A stretch of 63,780 nucleotides of DNA, filler included, from Nemertoderma westbladi (GCA_032718475.1; 4 parts of 4 records of this genome joined end to end with filler, not necessarily neighbours in it), one strand, 5' to 3'. Numbered from the whole stretch's first letter, positions 39,163-50,900 are shown. Notes: generated by a model from the sequence alone, not told the origin. Made by a program: numbers and translations.

Positions 39163-41801
39163 TTGAGATATGGAGTATTAATTTCAAAGCCAGCTGCCAT
39201 TTGATGTACAATGACATAGGAAATTGATGGACGTTAGTAACAAACTCAGCAGTAAGAAACTCGGCCAATGCATCAATTGGTGGAGTAGGAATTCTGCTAA
39301 GCCCATTTGCACTTAAGACCCTAAACAACATCGAATCTATAAATTCCCGGGTTATGATCGCAACATTTGATGGGAATTCCAAGACAACAGTAATATGTTG
39401 CTACAGTGCAACCAATGCCTCAGAGCCAGAACAAGCAGTCAAGTTTTATGAAGATCTGACTGGACTTATAAAGGACATTCCAAAACACAATGTTAAAGTC
39501 ATCGCTGGTGACCTGAATGCGCAAATTGGCCCAGAAGACATCAAGAGTTACACCTATAACACCAGTTCTAATAGAAATGGGTACTTACTTTTAGACCTAA
39601 TGGAAGAATGTGAATTGATACCAACAAACACCACATTCGAAAAGAGTAAGGGGAAGTTATGGACCTTTCAATACCCGAATGGAACCAAAGCACAACTGGA
39701 TTACATCCTTATAAACAAAAAGTGGAGAACCGGCATGATCAACTGCTAGGCATACAGCTCGTTCAACCTAATTGGTTCGGACCACAGAATTGTGACTGCA
39801 GAGATCAGACTTAGTTTGAGAGCCAGCAAAGCCAGCCAGGACAAGCAAGCAAATCAACTACGACTAGGAGAAACTCAGAACTGACAATGCAGTAAAGGAT
39901 GCTTACACAGTAGAAGTTCAAGCTTTGAAGTATTTCAGTCAATGGATGAAGACCAGTCCACCGATTCAATATACCAGAATATAATAAAAGCCCACAAGGA
40001 ATCAGCTTAGAGGCATATCCCTCAGAAACTCAAACGAAAACAGTATGTGCCATGGCAAAACTCTGAGGTTACTTGTAAGAGAGAAGATTTTAAGATAGCC
40101 TACAAAGTAAAAAACGAACAACCAACAACATTAACAAGGTTGAGAAAGCTAAGGACGATTTAAATTGGCCTAAAACATCAGCCAGGAAAAGTACATACAG
40201 GATAAAATTGAAGCATTTACAACTGCTCACATACAGCAACAATCAAGACTTGTGCAAAGGGGCGCCTCAAAGCCGATAGTCTTGAAGAACGTGTTGGGAA
40301 GTGGAAAAATCACTTCAGCAACTTGCTTGGGCAGCCACCAAACATCGAGGTCAACAACAAGGAAAATATATGACAAGACACCACCTATAGAAACAGGGGA
40401 CTTCACACCTGCCGAACTCCAAAGAAGCATTAAAAGCATGTCCCATAATAAAGCGATTGGATTAGGCGAAATCAGCGGAGGTATGGAAAACAGGATTGCT
40501 AAACAGACCATTATTGAATGTTTGCAACCAGATGTTAAAATGGGAAAAGCCACCACCAATTTGGTCTAAAGGTCAACTAAAGCCTCTCACCAAGAAAGGA
40601 GCCCTCGGTATACCAAAAAACTATCGTGGGATCTGTCTGCTTGTGGTAGCTGCCAAAATATACAATAAAATGATTCTATATAGGATTACAACAATAGCTC
40701 AGATACTTGCACTACAGAGACTGATTGAAGGAATTAAGTCAAAGAATCTCCCCGCAGTCATGACTTTTGTGGACTTCAAGAAGGCATTCGACTCCATCCA
40801 TAGAGGTAAAATGCTTGAAATCCTAAGAGCTTATGGAATTAATGGTTGCTGGTAGTGGATTGTTATCAATATTATACCAGATGGTGAAACTGAGTTTTTC
40901 TCAATCCTGGCTGGCGTAATGCAAGGTGACACATTAGCACCATTACTATTTGTAATTGTGCTGGATTACGCAATGAGGATGGCCACAAAGGGTGAAGATC
41001 TGGGATTCACACTCCATGAACGGCCCATATCCGGCAACTACAGTCACAGACACCAACTTTGTGGTTGACATCGCCCTGCTCTCTAATACGCTAGCCAGAT
41101 GCACAGCTTCTACTAAATAAAGTGGAGAGGGCTGCTGAGGAGGTTGGATTGCATATAAATGCTACAAAGACCGAATTCATGAGTTTTAATGTTGATGGAA
41201 ACTTGACAACCATTGATAATAATCAATTAAGGAAGGTCGACGACTTCCAGTACCTTGGATCATGGATAGAGAGTAGCAAAAAGTACATAGAAGTTAGGAA
41301 AGCAAAGGCTTGGCTAGCTCTATCAAAAATGGATACCATCTGGAAATCAGATCTCTCCAGGCATCTGAAGACTAAGTTCTTTCGAGCCACAGTGGAAAGT
41401 GTATTTTTATATGGGAGTGAGACCTGGACACTGACTAAATCACTTGAACAACGAATTGATGATTGCTACACAAGACTACTAAGTGTAGCCCTAAACATCA
41501 GCTGGAGACAACACATGATAAACGTCGAGCTTTATGGAACAATACCACCTGTATCAACCTACTCCGTGAACGCAGAGTACGCAGACTGCTGGTGAAGTAA
41601 AGACCAGGTCATACCAGATCTACTTTTCTGGCAACCAACTCATGAAAAGCGTAGTCGTGGACGACCGGCCATAACATATATAAATCAACATAAAGGGATA
41701 CTGAACTTAGAAGAAACGAAATTGCGACAACTATGGAGAATCCGGAAGCCTGGAAGGATCTCATCCGTCCGAGTTCGCTCGACCTAGTAGAAGTAGTAGT
41801 A

Positions 41802-42640
41802 ATACTGTTAACTTTCGAGAACAAATATTTTTCACTGTGCTTTCTCCGGATAAGCAGTTATCCAATGTAGCGCCTAAATATTTAACTTCCTTTTTATTTT
41901 CTATCTTATGTCCATAACTATTGACTTCAACCTTCTTTAACTTTCTTTTGGAACCAAACAAAATACTTTCTGTCTTACCGTGGTGATTGGATAGCATATT
42001 AACAACCAACAACTAATTACAGGATTCTAGAACTGCACTTAACTTTTGGGAAAGATGGATAGGATCTTTATGAGAGAAAATAAGAGCACTGTCATCTCGG
42101 CATATAAGATGAGTTTAAAATCGGGATCTATACTACTTATCATATCATTTACATAGCATACTAAAAGCAGAGGACCTAATATTCTACCTTGCGGTACACC
42201 ACAGGTAATCTCTTGTACAGTAGACTGCGATTTGCTAATGACTACAGTTTGACCTCTGTCTGACAGCTAGAACTTGAACCAGTCTATAGAACCTACACCC
42301 ATCAGGCTTAACTTACCTAGCAGAATTTCATGATCTACTGTATCGAAAGCCTTTTGTAAGTCCAACATTACCATAACAGTATCTAAACTATTTGCATTAT
42401 TACATCTAATTGTATCAGTTAAGTTAATAAGGCAGGTGTCTGTAGAATATGATTTACGAAAACCGGACTGAAGTTCATAGATCAGATTTAGCCTACTAAG
42501 ATGTGCTTCCAGCTGTAGAAAAACAGTTCTAGAATTTTAGATACAGTACTTAATATACTAACAGGTCGGTAATTACAGGGTTCTACTTTACTATTCTTTT
42601 TATACAGGGTAACAACAACCTTAGCTAATTTCAGTTCTGC
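41802..42640 (-). mobile_element. L2/CR1-group LINE RT, upstream part (continuous with 37695-38563)
   Basis: NYRPVSIL, FQSGFRK, DLQKAFDTVDH, CGVPQG, KTESILFGS and KYLGATLD motifs on the minus strand. Confidence 0.85.
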
Positions 42641-42859
42641 TATACCATAATGCAGAATATGCTATACCGATATGCAATAACTACTGTGGGGATTACAATA
42701 CAATAGAGGAACAATGTATCCGGTTTGTGTGGGCGAAAGGGATTATTATTGGTTTGTGGTTTGGCAACAGTACTCACGGTGTACAAAGTTGATGTGGGGC
42801 GAGCCACGAAGTGAGTGAGCCTTAGCGTAGTGGTACCATTAATCAACGTGTCGTTCTGT

Positions 42860-42959
42860 NNNNNNNNNNNNNNNNNNNNNNNNNNNNNNNNNNNNNNNNN
42901 NNNTTAATTAATTAANNNNNNNNNNNNNNNNNNNNNNNNNNNNNNNNNNNNNNNNNNNN
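42860..42959. other. Assembly linker
   Basis: N44-TTAATTAATTAA-N44. Confidence 0.97.
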
Positions 42960-43974
42960 CCGCTGTTATTGTAGATTTCCAAACTTGCATAATGCCGGAC
43001 ATGTTGAGCTTAGTTCGGAACTTGGGTTGTCCAGCAAATATGTCTTCGGCTAGCTCTTTGTCGATGAATGTTCCTGTGCTGCCGGAGTCCAGGAGGGCGT
43101 TCACTACATAACTCCGTTTAGGTCCGTGAACCCTTACCTGCACCACAGGAAACTCTCGGATCCCTACATTGGAAGATGGCTCTTTCCAAGATGGTTGTCG
43201 ATCAGAAGTGGTTAGAGTGAAGTCGCTGTCTGTATCTTTTTCATATGTGAGTGCTCGATACACTGCGGTATTTATCATGTAACAGGATTCGTTTTCGTCG
43301 GAGAACTCATCCGTATAGAATCCTTCCATCTCAGATTGATCAGTGTCGTTCACATCACTGAATTGGACGTGTAGTTCGGAATCACTTACCTGATTCGGAC
43401 TATTTCGCTCGAATTCAGCGTGCAACAAGATATGATGTTTCGCACCACACTTTGCACACCTTAGGTCAGAGTAACAGGTTCGCCGTTGGTGTCCTTGTCT
43501 GAGGCAATTATAACATAACCGCTTATCACACATGACTTCGCGTCTCTCCGTTAATGACTTCTTCAGGAATTCATCACACATATTCAAACGGTGGGTCCCG
43601 TCACACAGCGCACATTTCGGTTTGATGTTACTTACCTTATTTTGGGTGACAGTGTGCACTCTCGTTCTTTCTTCGGGCTTTCTCACCTGAATTCGCTTGG
43701 GAGACGTAGGAGGAGTTTTTCTTACCTGTTCTCTCCTGTCATTGGATCGAGACTTAAATTTACTTCCCTGTTCGTTAGGTGTTTTATTGACATAATAAGA
43801 TCTTTCAGTGTCTTTCCCGCTATCCTCCCCTTGGGAAGCTTGGCTTTCGCCTTCGTCGGTATAACACACTGGTGTTACCTTTCTTCGGGAGACGGGTTTC
43901 TCACTTACCTTGTTTTCCGATGTCTTCTCTCTGGACATGGAGTCTTTTTGTCTTTCAATAAATGCCATAAGCAA
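42960..43974 (-). mobile_element. BEL/Pao LTR retrotransposon gag (triple zinc knuckle) plus aspartic protease, open frame, cut by gap
   Basis: CALCDGTHRLNMC, CYNCLRQGHQRRTC, CAKCGAKHHILLH, then NALLDSGSTGTFI. Confidence 0.9.
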
Positions 43975-44471
43975 GCAGTGGATTTAAACACCAAAGTTTA
44001 GAGTCAGAATTATTTGATAGAAGTGATTTATTTACCAGTTGATTTAAAGATAATCGTGTAATTTCAATATCTGCATTCCATCAGATTACGCATAAATGCA
44101 TCTTATTTATATTCGTGTTGATGAAAGCAACTCTTTCATTTATAAATTATTGACAGTTAACTTAACCAAAAACAGCTAGTTCAAAATAAATATATTTTAG
44201 TTTGGGGTTTAGATAATTAAAGTTTATAGTGGCAGTAAGTTATTGACTTATTGTATTCCTCAATATATGCCAAGTTAGTTGTGAGTTTTTACAACCCCAA
44301 CCAAATTCACTGCTAATGTGGAGCCCGTGGCATTACTTCATGACATTTATTGTTTCTGTGACATTATTAACTCAGGGCCGATCTGAGTTGTTTCTCAGAT
44401 TTGGTGTCATTTAGACCATCATCAATATTTATATATAAGATACATCTGGGTAATCAGATAGAATGCACTTT

Positions 44472-45182
44472 ATTGTAAACGTTCGAATAAACATTATAAA
44501 ATAATAAAATCCGACGCGTTTCGAATTTTAATTCGTCTTCAGGTATATAATACATAACATGGTACAGTACAACAGTACAGTAATTAAATTAGAGTGTACC
44601 AACACATATAATAATAAGATTAAATGGCGCCTAACTAAAGTTCAAATTTGCCGCCAATCTAATGCCATAGCTGAAGGGCTACTCCCATCTCTGTTTGTTT
44701 ATTCAAAAGGGGTATTGTCGCCTCTTTTATGCTCAAAGATTCGGCAATACGTACATGACTCTTTTTTTGACACATATATGCGATTTTAAAACTATCGATC
44801 GGCGGACGCACCTGCCCACATATTGGCCAGTGCTCCGAAACAGATGTCCCTCCCGCAGTACGCCTATGTTAGGAAACCCTATCATGGAAATGCGCACAGT
44901 GTGGCCAATGTATGCCTTTTGACAGGCATGACATTCGTATTTATATACGATATTTGATCGAAGGGGTTCCGGAACACGATCTTTATTAGGGAACAGACTG
45001 CCAACCTTTTTTGCTCTAAAGGCCATAAGCAACTTATAATCTCTGGGTAATACTGAATTGATTAGCCCCCTAAACCTCTTTTCAAAAATTTTATCATACC
45101 TATAAAAAGGCAATGATAATACTATATTTTTCATCTTTGGTGTGGGTCGGTTACCAACTAAGACTTTATCCTTTTTACCCCT
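44472..45182 (-). mobile_element. Penelope-like element, inverted 3' segment (GIY-YIG endonuclease plus pLTR)
   Basis: SNIVYKYECHACQKAYIGHTVR, then after a frameshift EHWPIC..RIAESLSIKEATIPLLN. The 3' UTR is inverted relative to 45183-45428. Confidence 0.9.
44509..44546 (-). ncRNA. Minimal hammerhead motif in inverted pLTR
   Basis: CTGAAGA-C-GAATT-AA-AATTC-GAAA-CGCG-TC. Stem I is weak. Confidence 0.6.
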
Positions 45183-45428
45183 CAATACCCCTTTTGAATA
45201 AATAAACAGAGATGGGGGTAGCCCTTCAGCTATGGCATTAGATTGGCGGCAAATTTGAACTTTAGTTAGGCACCATTTAATCTTATTATTATATGTGTTG
45301 GTACACTCTAATTTAATTACTGTACTGTTGTACTGTACCATGTTATGTATTATATACCTGAAGACGAATTAAAATTCGAAACGTGTCGGTTTTTATTATT
45401 TTATAATGTTTATTCGAACGTTTACAAT
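45183..45428 (+). repeat. Penelope pLTR (inverted repeat of 44472-44717), ends at the ORF ATG
   Basis: ~246-bp near-perfect inverted match with a few substitutions. Confidence 0.9.
45354..45391 (+). ncRNA. Minimal hammerhead motif in pLTR
   Basis: CTGAAGA-C-GAATT-AA-AATTC-GAAA-CGTG-TC. The stem III palindrome is broken by a C>T change. Confidence 0.5.
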
Positions 45429-47300
45429 GTTAACTCTAGCTACTTTATCATTTATTTCTTTCAAACGGCATTGCTCAGAGCGTACGGGTATTACCTACAG
45501 GGAGGTGAATAAAGTGTATCGACAACTGCAGAACAGGAGTGTCGATGTTGTTTGGCGGAACATGTGGCTCCGAAGTTTACGCATATACGCATACCGGAGC
45601 ACCTGATCTGTTTCTCGGATTCATTCGCACGTCAAAGACTGGATATCGTTAGACGACGGCTGAGAAATATCAAACAAGAAATAACTGGATTAACTGACCG
45701 TTTTAGAATCCTTAAGGACACATTAACCGAACAGTTATCATCCACAGAAGTCGTATCTTTACTTGACAACATAGAGCGTATAAATGCTACTGCTCTACTG
45801 GCAAAGAAGCATCGAGTACGAAAGAAACTCGAGGTTTTGATTCAAAATAAAGGGATTGCAAACAAATTCACAGTGGAGAATACAGTCCTCAATGTGTCAA
45901 GTAGGACTCTAACGCAAAAGGAGACAGATTGCCTAAAATTAGGCTTTGATTTGTCAGTGGGATATAAGAAAATCGATCTTATGAGAGTCAAAATTGATTC
46001 GGAAATATTCTATCGGAACGTATTACAGGTGCAGGAGGAACCACTCTCACCCTCAAAGTCTCTAGAATTAAAAGCTCGCGTACAGTCTCTAGTATTAGGT
46101 TATGTAAACCAACAGCCGGTTTGCTTGAGCTCGATAGAAATAACTTTGAGTGAATTAGCGAAGGATTCATCATTATATATTTGTAAATATGATAAAGGGA
46201 AAGGAACAGTCATTATGGATAGACAGGAGTATTTGGATAAAATGCATTTAATCTTAGACGATAATACAAAGTTCGAAATCTACAAACCACATCATAGACA
46301 AACCAGGGACACCACATGTTTAGTTGAAGACAAGTTTAATGATGCTCTGAAAGCATGTAAACTGTCTGATGCTAAGTTTAGGCGCTTGAAGGCAGTGGGT
46401 AGTTCACCTGCGCGACTTTATGGTCTAGCTAAAGACCATAAGGATGGGGTCCCACTACGTCCAATATTGTCGGCGACTGGGTGTTACACATACGAACTTG
46501 CCAAAGAAATGGATGTTTGGTTAAAGAAGGCACTCCCTGCGTCATATACTGTGAATGATACTTTTGACTTCTTGAAAGTTCTAGAACAATATAAAGATCG
46601 AGATTTATCGGAAAAGCTTCTGTGTAGTTTTGATGTGGTTAGTCTATTTACCAATGTACCGTTGCGAAAAACTGTTAAGTTTGCGGTAGACAAGGTGTAT
46701 GAGTTGGAATTAAGTGAAAGACCACCAATGTTAAAAGAAACTTTCCACAAATTGGTTTTATTGGCCCTTGGCCACAGTGATAACTTGAATGGACACCATT
46801 TCAAGTTCAATGGTACAGATTACATCCAGAAGGATGGTTTAGCAATGGGATCCCCCTTGGCCTGCACGTTGGCAGGTTTTTTCATGTATATGTTGGAATG
46901 TAATTTTGAAACTTGTGACTCTGAGATTCTACCTGAACTCTACAAACGTTTCGTGGATGACTCGATACTTACATTTGATCCAGGCGGTAATCGCCAATCA
47001 AGATTTTTAGATTTTATGAACTCTTTGGAACCAAATGCGAAATTTACTGTAGAATTGGAAAAGGATGCTAGCATTCCTTTTCTGGGTGTTTTGGTTAAAC
47101 GTACCAGAAAGGTTTCGCTACATCTTGGTACACCAAACCTACGCACACGGGTCTTTATACCCCTGAACAGAGTATAATACACCCTAAATACAAATGGTCG
47201 ATGATATTTACATTATTTTATCGGATATTAATTATTTGTAGCAGTTGGGTATCAGTGCTTGAGGGTTTTGATAAACTAACTACGTGTTTGAGAGCTAATT
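45427..47300 (+). mobile_element. Penelope-like element reverse transcriptase ORF (frameshifted near 45590 and 47110, 3' truncated)
   Basis: KYDKGKGTVIMDRQEY, ARLYGLAKDHKDGVPLRPILS, SFDVVSLFTNVP, QKDGLAMGSPLA, RFVDDS, then YTKPTHTGLY and IICSSW. Confidence 0.93.
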
Positions 47301-47304
47301 AAAG

Positions 47305-48105
47305 GTATTTAAAAACAGTTTTCATATTTGGAATCTACATCTAATTCCACGGTAGAAAAAGTATCACAAGTGAACTTTTCTCTAAATGTTACAGAAACGG
47401 ACTGGGAATAGTTATGTTTGCTTTTTCAATAAAAAATACCTTAAATCCCGTATAATATCAAAAAACGTTGTATTTGAACCCAAATATCGCGAAAACTACA
47501 AATCATATGTAAAAACGGTTACTGTATTTGGAATCTGCTGTTAATTTAACACTAAAACAATTATCACAAGTTAACTTTTCTCTAAATGTTACAGAAACGG
47601 ACTCAGAAAAGTTATGTTCGCTTTTTCAAGAAAAAATATCTTAAATTTCATAAAATATCAAAAAACGTGGTGTTTGAACCCAAATTTCGCGAGAACTACA
47701 AATCATATGTAAAAACGGTTACTGTATTTGGAATCTGCTGTTAATTTAATACTAAAACAATTATCATAAGTGAAATTTTCTCTAAATGTTACAGAAACGG
47801 ACTCAGAAAAGTTATGTTCGCTTTTTCAAGAAAAAATATCTTAAATTTCATAAAATATCAAAAAACGTGGTGTTTGAACCCAAATTTCGCGAGAACTACA
47901 AATCATATGTAAAAACGGTTACTGTATTTGGAATCTGCTGTTAATTTAACACTAAAACAATTATCACAAGTTAACTTTTCTCTAAATGTTACAGAAACGG
48001 ACTGGGAAAAGTTATGTCTGCTTTTTCAATAAAAAATACCTTAAATTTCGTAAAATATCAAAAAACGTTGTGTTTGAACCCAAATATCGCGAGAACTACG
48101 AATCA
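47305..48105. repeat. 200-bp tandem repeat, about 4 copies
   Basis: TCTAAATGTTACAGAAACGG at 47381, 47581, 47781 and 47981. Confidence 0.95.
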
Positions 48106-48559
48106 CTTGTTCAGCTCTTAATACTGAATAACTGGCTGAATTTCTGATTTTTCATCTAACATGAAACAAATTTCTTGAATTTCTGCACAATAACATTCTC
48201 ACCAACAGGACCAGCTCCCAATGGCCCAAGAGTTGCCGAATTATCCTTAATAATTTCCAGCATCGTGTACCAAATTTGTTTTCCCAATGGTAGAGTTATA
48301 CGAGATATATCTGCCCATCCCGGTTGATCTTTCAGTTCATTTGGACATTTTCTAAACTTTTCTTCTTCGGAAATGTGATAATTATAAACTTTTGGAATTC
48401 GGTATTTAAATCCAGATGTTATTAGTGGAACAAATTCTAAAAGGTTTACTGATTTTTCACATATTTGTCGATGTCATATAATTGAATATTCATCTGTACT
48501 ACTGCGATGTTATAATTCCTCAACACTGGTAAAATAATAACATCATCCCCAGCTGTCAT

Positions 48560-49098
48560 AATTTAGGATATTACCAACCGATATACAAACAAAATTGATG
48601 AAACTCATCCATTGGCCGTTTCACATAGGGAATATCTCACCAGTATTGCATCCAATTGCTATACATGTATGTTCAAATTTGTGATTAATGAAATTTATAT
48701 CGATGTCTGGTCCAGACATCGATCAAGTCTGGATATTCATTGAATTGACAAAGGCTTCTACAAAGAATATGCGAGGCTTTAGTACCGGACAACTTAGTGC
48801 CAAAGATTTTCAAGCATCAATTATTATTTTTTGTTGTTAGTTTTTTGTTGTTTTTAGTTGATGTTTGAAAATATTTGCACTAAGTGGTCCGGTTCCAAAT
48901 GCTCGCATACGTCATATATCTTATGTTCATCTTCACTTCATCTTTCTCATCTACATATTCCAATATCTCACATCCCAACTTGCCTCCAAATATTTCCTTA
49001 ATGTTTTTTATATCATGCGATGATGACGCATCTTCTCTGTCAGAGTATTTAGTATATCCATAATCTGTAATATTAATTATCAGACATAATTGTTTAAA
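48560..49098 (-). pseudogene. Decayed caspase-like (peptidase C14) sequence
   Basis: Collinear motifs on the minus strand: LCLIINITDY..DREDASSSHDIKNIKEIFGGKLGCEI (p20 start), KPRIFFVEAF (cf. KPKLFFIQAC), HTCIAIGCNTGEIFPM*NGQWMSFINFVC (cf. p10 DFLIAYST..GSWFI..LC). Contains stops and an apparent deletion. Confidence 0.5.
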
Positions 49099-49439
49099 TC
49101 ACTGTTTCTAATAATTCTGTATGAGTTTCTACATGTCAGCTCACCAACAATAACTACTAATATCTACTGGATGTTTGTCAAACAAATTCAGTAATGTTAG
49201 AGACGATGGAAGATATACCAGATATGACCTGATATATCATATAAATGAGAATATTATTTGTTAATTTGATGCGAGCAGCACTCCCTGAAAATTTAGCTTC
49301 AACAGTCATCAACTATGTTAATTAATTGAGAAAGACAACTCTTAATATAATTTGTTTGTTAATTAATATGCTTACAGTACACAAGAAGTGGTAATGATTA
49401 GCTTGCTCTAAGGCTCAACCATAAAATTTAATAGTTCAT

Positions 49440-50280
49440 CCCTCCTACTTTCTAGTCCTGTATATTTGAGCAGGAACTTGAGGAATGTCATTGGCTGTTC
49501 ACTACATCTGTTCTAAATAGCAGGCTGCTACAGCACAATGGTGTGTACAGTACAGGTGGATCCTGTCATCGAAAAAGCAAAGCCAGCAAAGCTTCAGGCA
49601 GCTTCAGACAGATTCTCTGTAGGGTGATGTTGGGTGTTGGCAATAAGATGATGCAATAGTTGTATAACACCTCATTCCCTAAGTATGCCTCCTAGGAAAC
49701 GATGTACGACCGGCGCAGCATCCTGGTATATGTACCATCCAGGGACATGATTTCTTCAGCAGTTAGAGTACAGCATGGGTTGCTGTAGAGCAAACTTCTG
49801 CAACACTGCTCCACTGGTGTAACTTTTTTAAAGAGCATGATATATCACAATGACCTCTCTTCCAGATCCTGGATAGCTTGTGCATGGTAGACCAGGCTTT
49901 TCCTTGAGGACTCCGAGTTTCAGAGACCAATACAATAACAAAGAGGACATGGGCTAATGTGTCTACTTGATGGACACCCCAGAGAAACTCTGTCTGTGTC
50001 CCCACTGGCAGTGGATTAGAATGTCTTGGAAAATCATAAACTGAAATGATGCATTAATGATCTCATTGGGAATCCTGAATTATTCACTGAAACATTTGGA
50101 ACAGAATCGAAGGCCTTGAAGACACAAATAAGACAGCAAAATGTCTGACTTTCTATGTGCCAGAATTGGTACAAATGTACCTCTAAATTTTCGAATCCCA
50201 TTCTGGTTGCCACGCCCATAGTCGTTATACATGAATCCCGATGCGTTTCAACATGAAACAGCAATCTGAAACAGCAACCC
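49440..50280 (-). mobile_element. Highly degenerate RTE-like RT remnant
   Basis: FKAFDSVP, QVDTLAHVLFVIVL and QGKAWSTMHKLSRIWK motifs. Confidence 0.7.
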
Positions 50281-50284
50281 AATT

Positions 50285-50900
50285 ACTATTTATTTTCTCA
50301 GGAATACATATTTACAATGTACAAATTACAATCTGTATAGGAAAGGAATTAAGTGTCTTACTTCCCAGTCTATAGTCTTATATACAATATACTCTTACAG
50401 TCTACAATTTACAATAAGAACTTAAAAGTCTAAAAGAGCAGTACATTATAAATATGATTTTTAAATAGTTTTCGAAATAAATCTGAGATTTCCGCTCTGT
50501 GAGAGAGGAGTATTCGAGTATTTATCTGTTGCATTTGACTTATGACCACTGGGCCCCATGTGGGTGCGGTGCATAGGTTGTTTTTGGAAATTTGAATTGA
50601 CCGAAAACAGCTCATTTGCCAGTAGAAAACTTGCAAATGAACTGAAAATAAGTGTACATTGTTTCTGTTGGAAGATTATATTGGTAAACTTACTTTGAAA
50701 TCCCCACCATGAAGTCACCATTGCTTTCACCGTGAGGAACTGCCTGTGCACAACCTTTTATTTTGACAGCCTCGTGTGAAGATAAGCATGGTGGACAACT
50801 GACTAGCACCTGCAGGAGTTTGTAAATCCGGGTTCTCCACTTGGCTAGATCTCTGCTATCATCAATTGTGCCTTGATACTCTATGGTACCACACCGTGGT
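50285..50900 (-). mobile_element. Degenerate L2/CR1-like LINE 3' end
   Basis: Remnant RT C-terminal coding followed by a T-rich UTR ending ...AAAATAAATAGTAATT on the minus strand. Confidence 0.4.

Larger units (their letters stand above)
38862..39201 (-). mobile_element. 340-bp insertion carrying a tRNA-like head plus hammerhead ribozyme
   Basis: Interrupts the RTE APE coding sequence (compare the intact copy near 59820). Flanked by TGAAGTACAAT (38851-38861) and TGATGTACAAT (39202-39212). Confidence 0.75.
38564..41801 (+). mobile_element. RTE-like LINE family B, near full ORF (APE + RT), pseudogenised, inserted in the L2/CR1-group LINE
   Basis: CIQEHR, AGDLNAQIG, QLDYILIN, SDHRIV; NYRGICL, DFKKAFDSI, QGDTLAP, DDFQYLGSW. 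(TAG)n tail, and TSD ATACTGTYAACT at 38552-38563 and 41802-41813. Confidence 0.92.

Noticed and set aside
44559-45341. Duplicated ORFs starting MVQYNSTVIKLEC as paralogous genes
   Set aside because: Antisense translation of the inverted pLTR arms. Only the GIY-YIG part of the 202-aa ORF is real coding.
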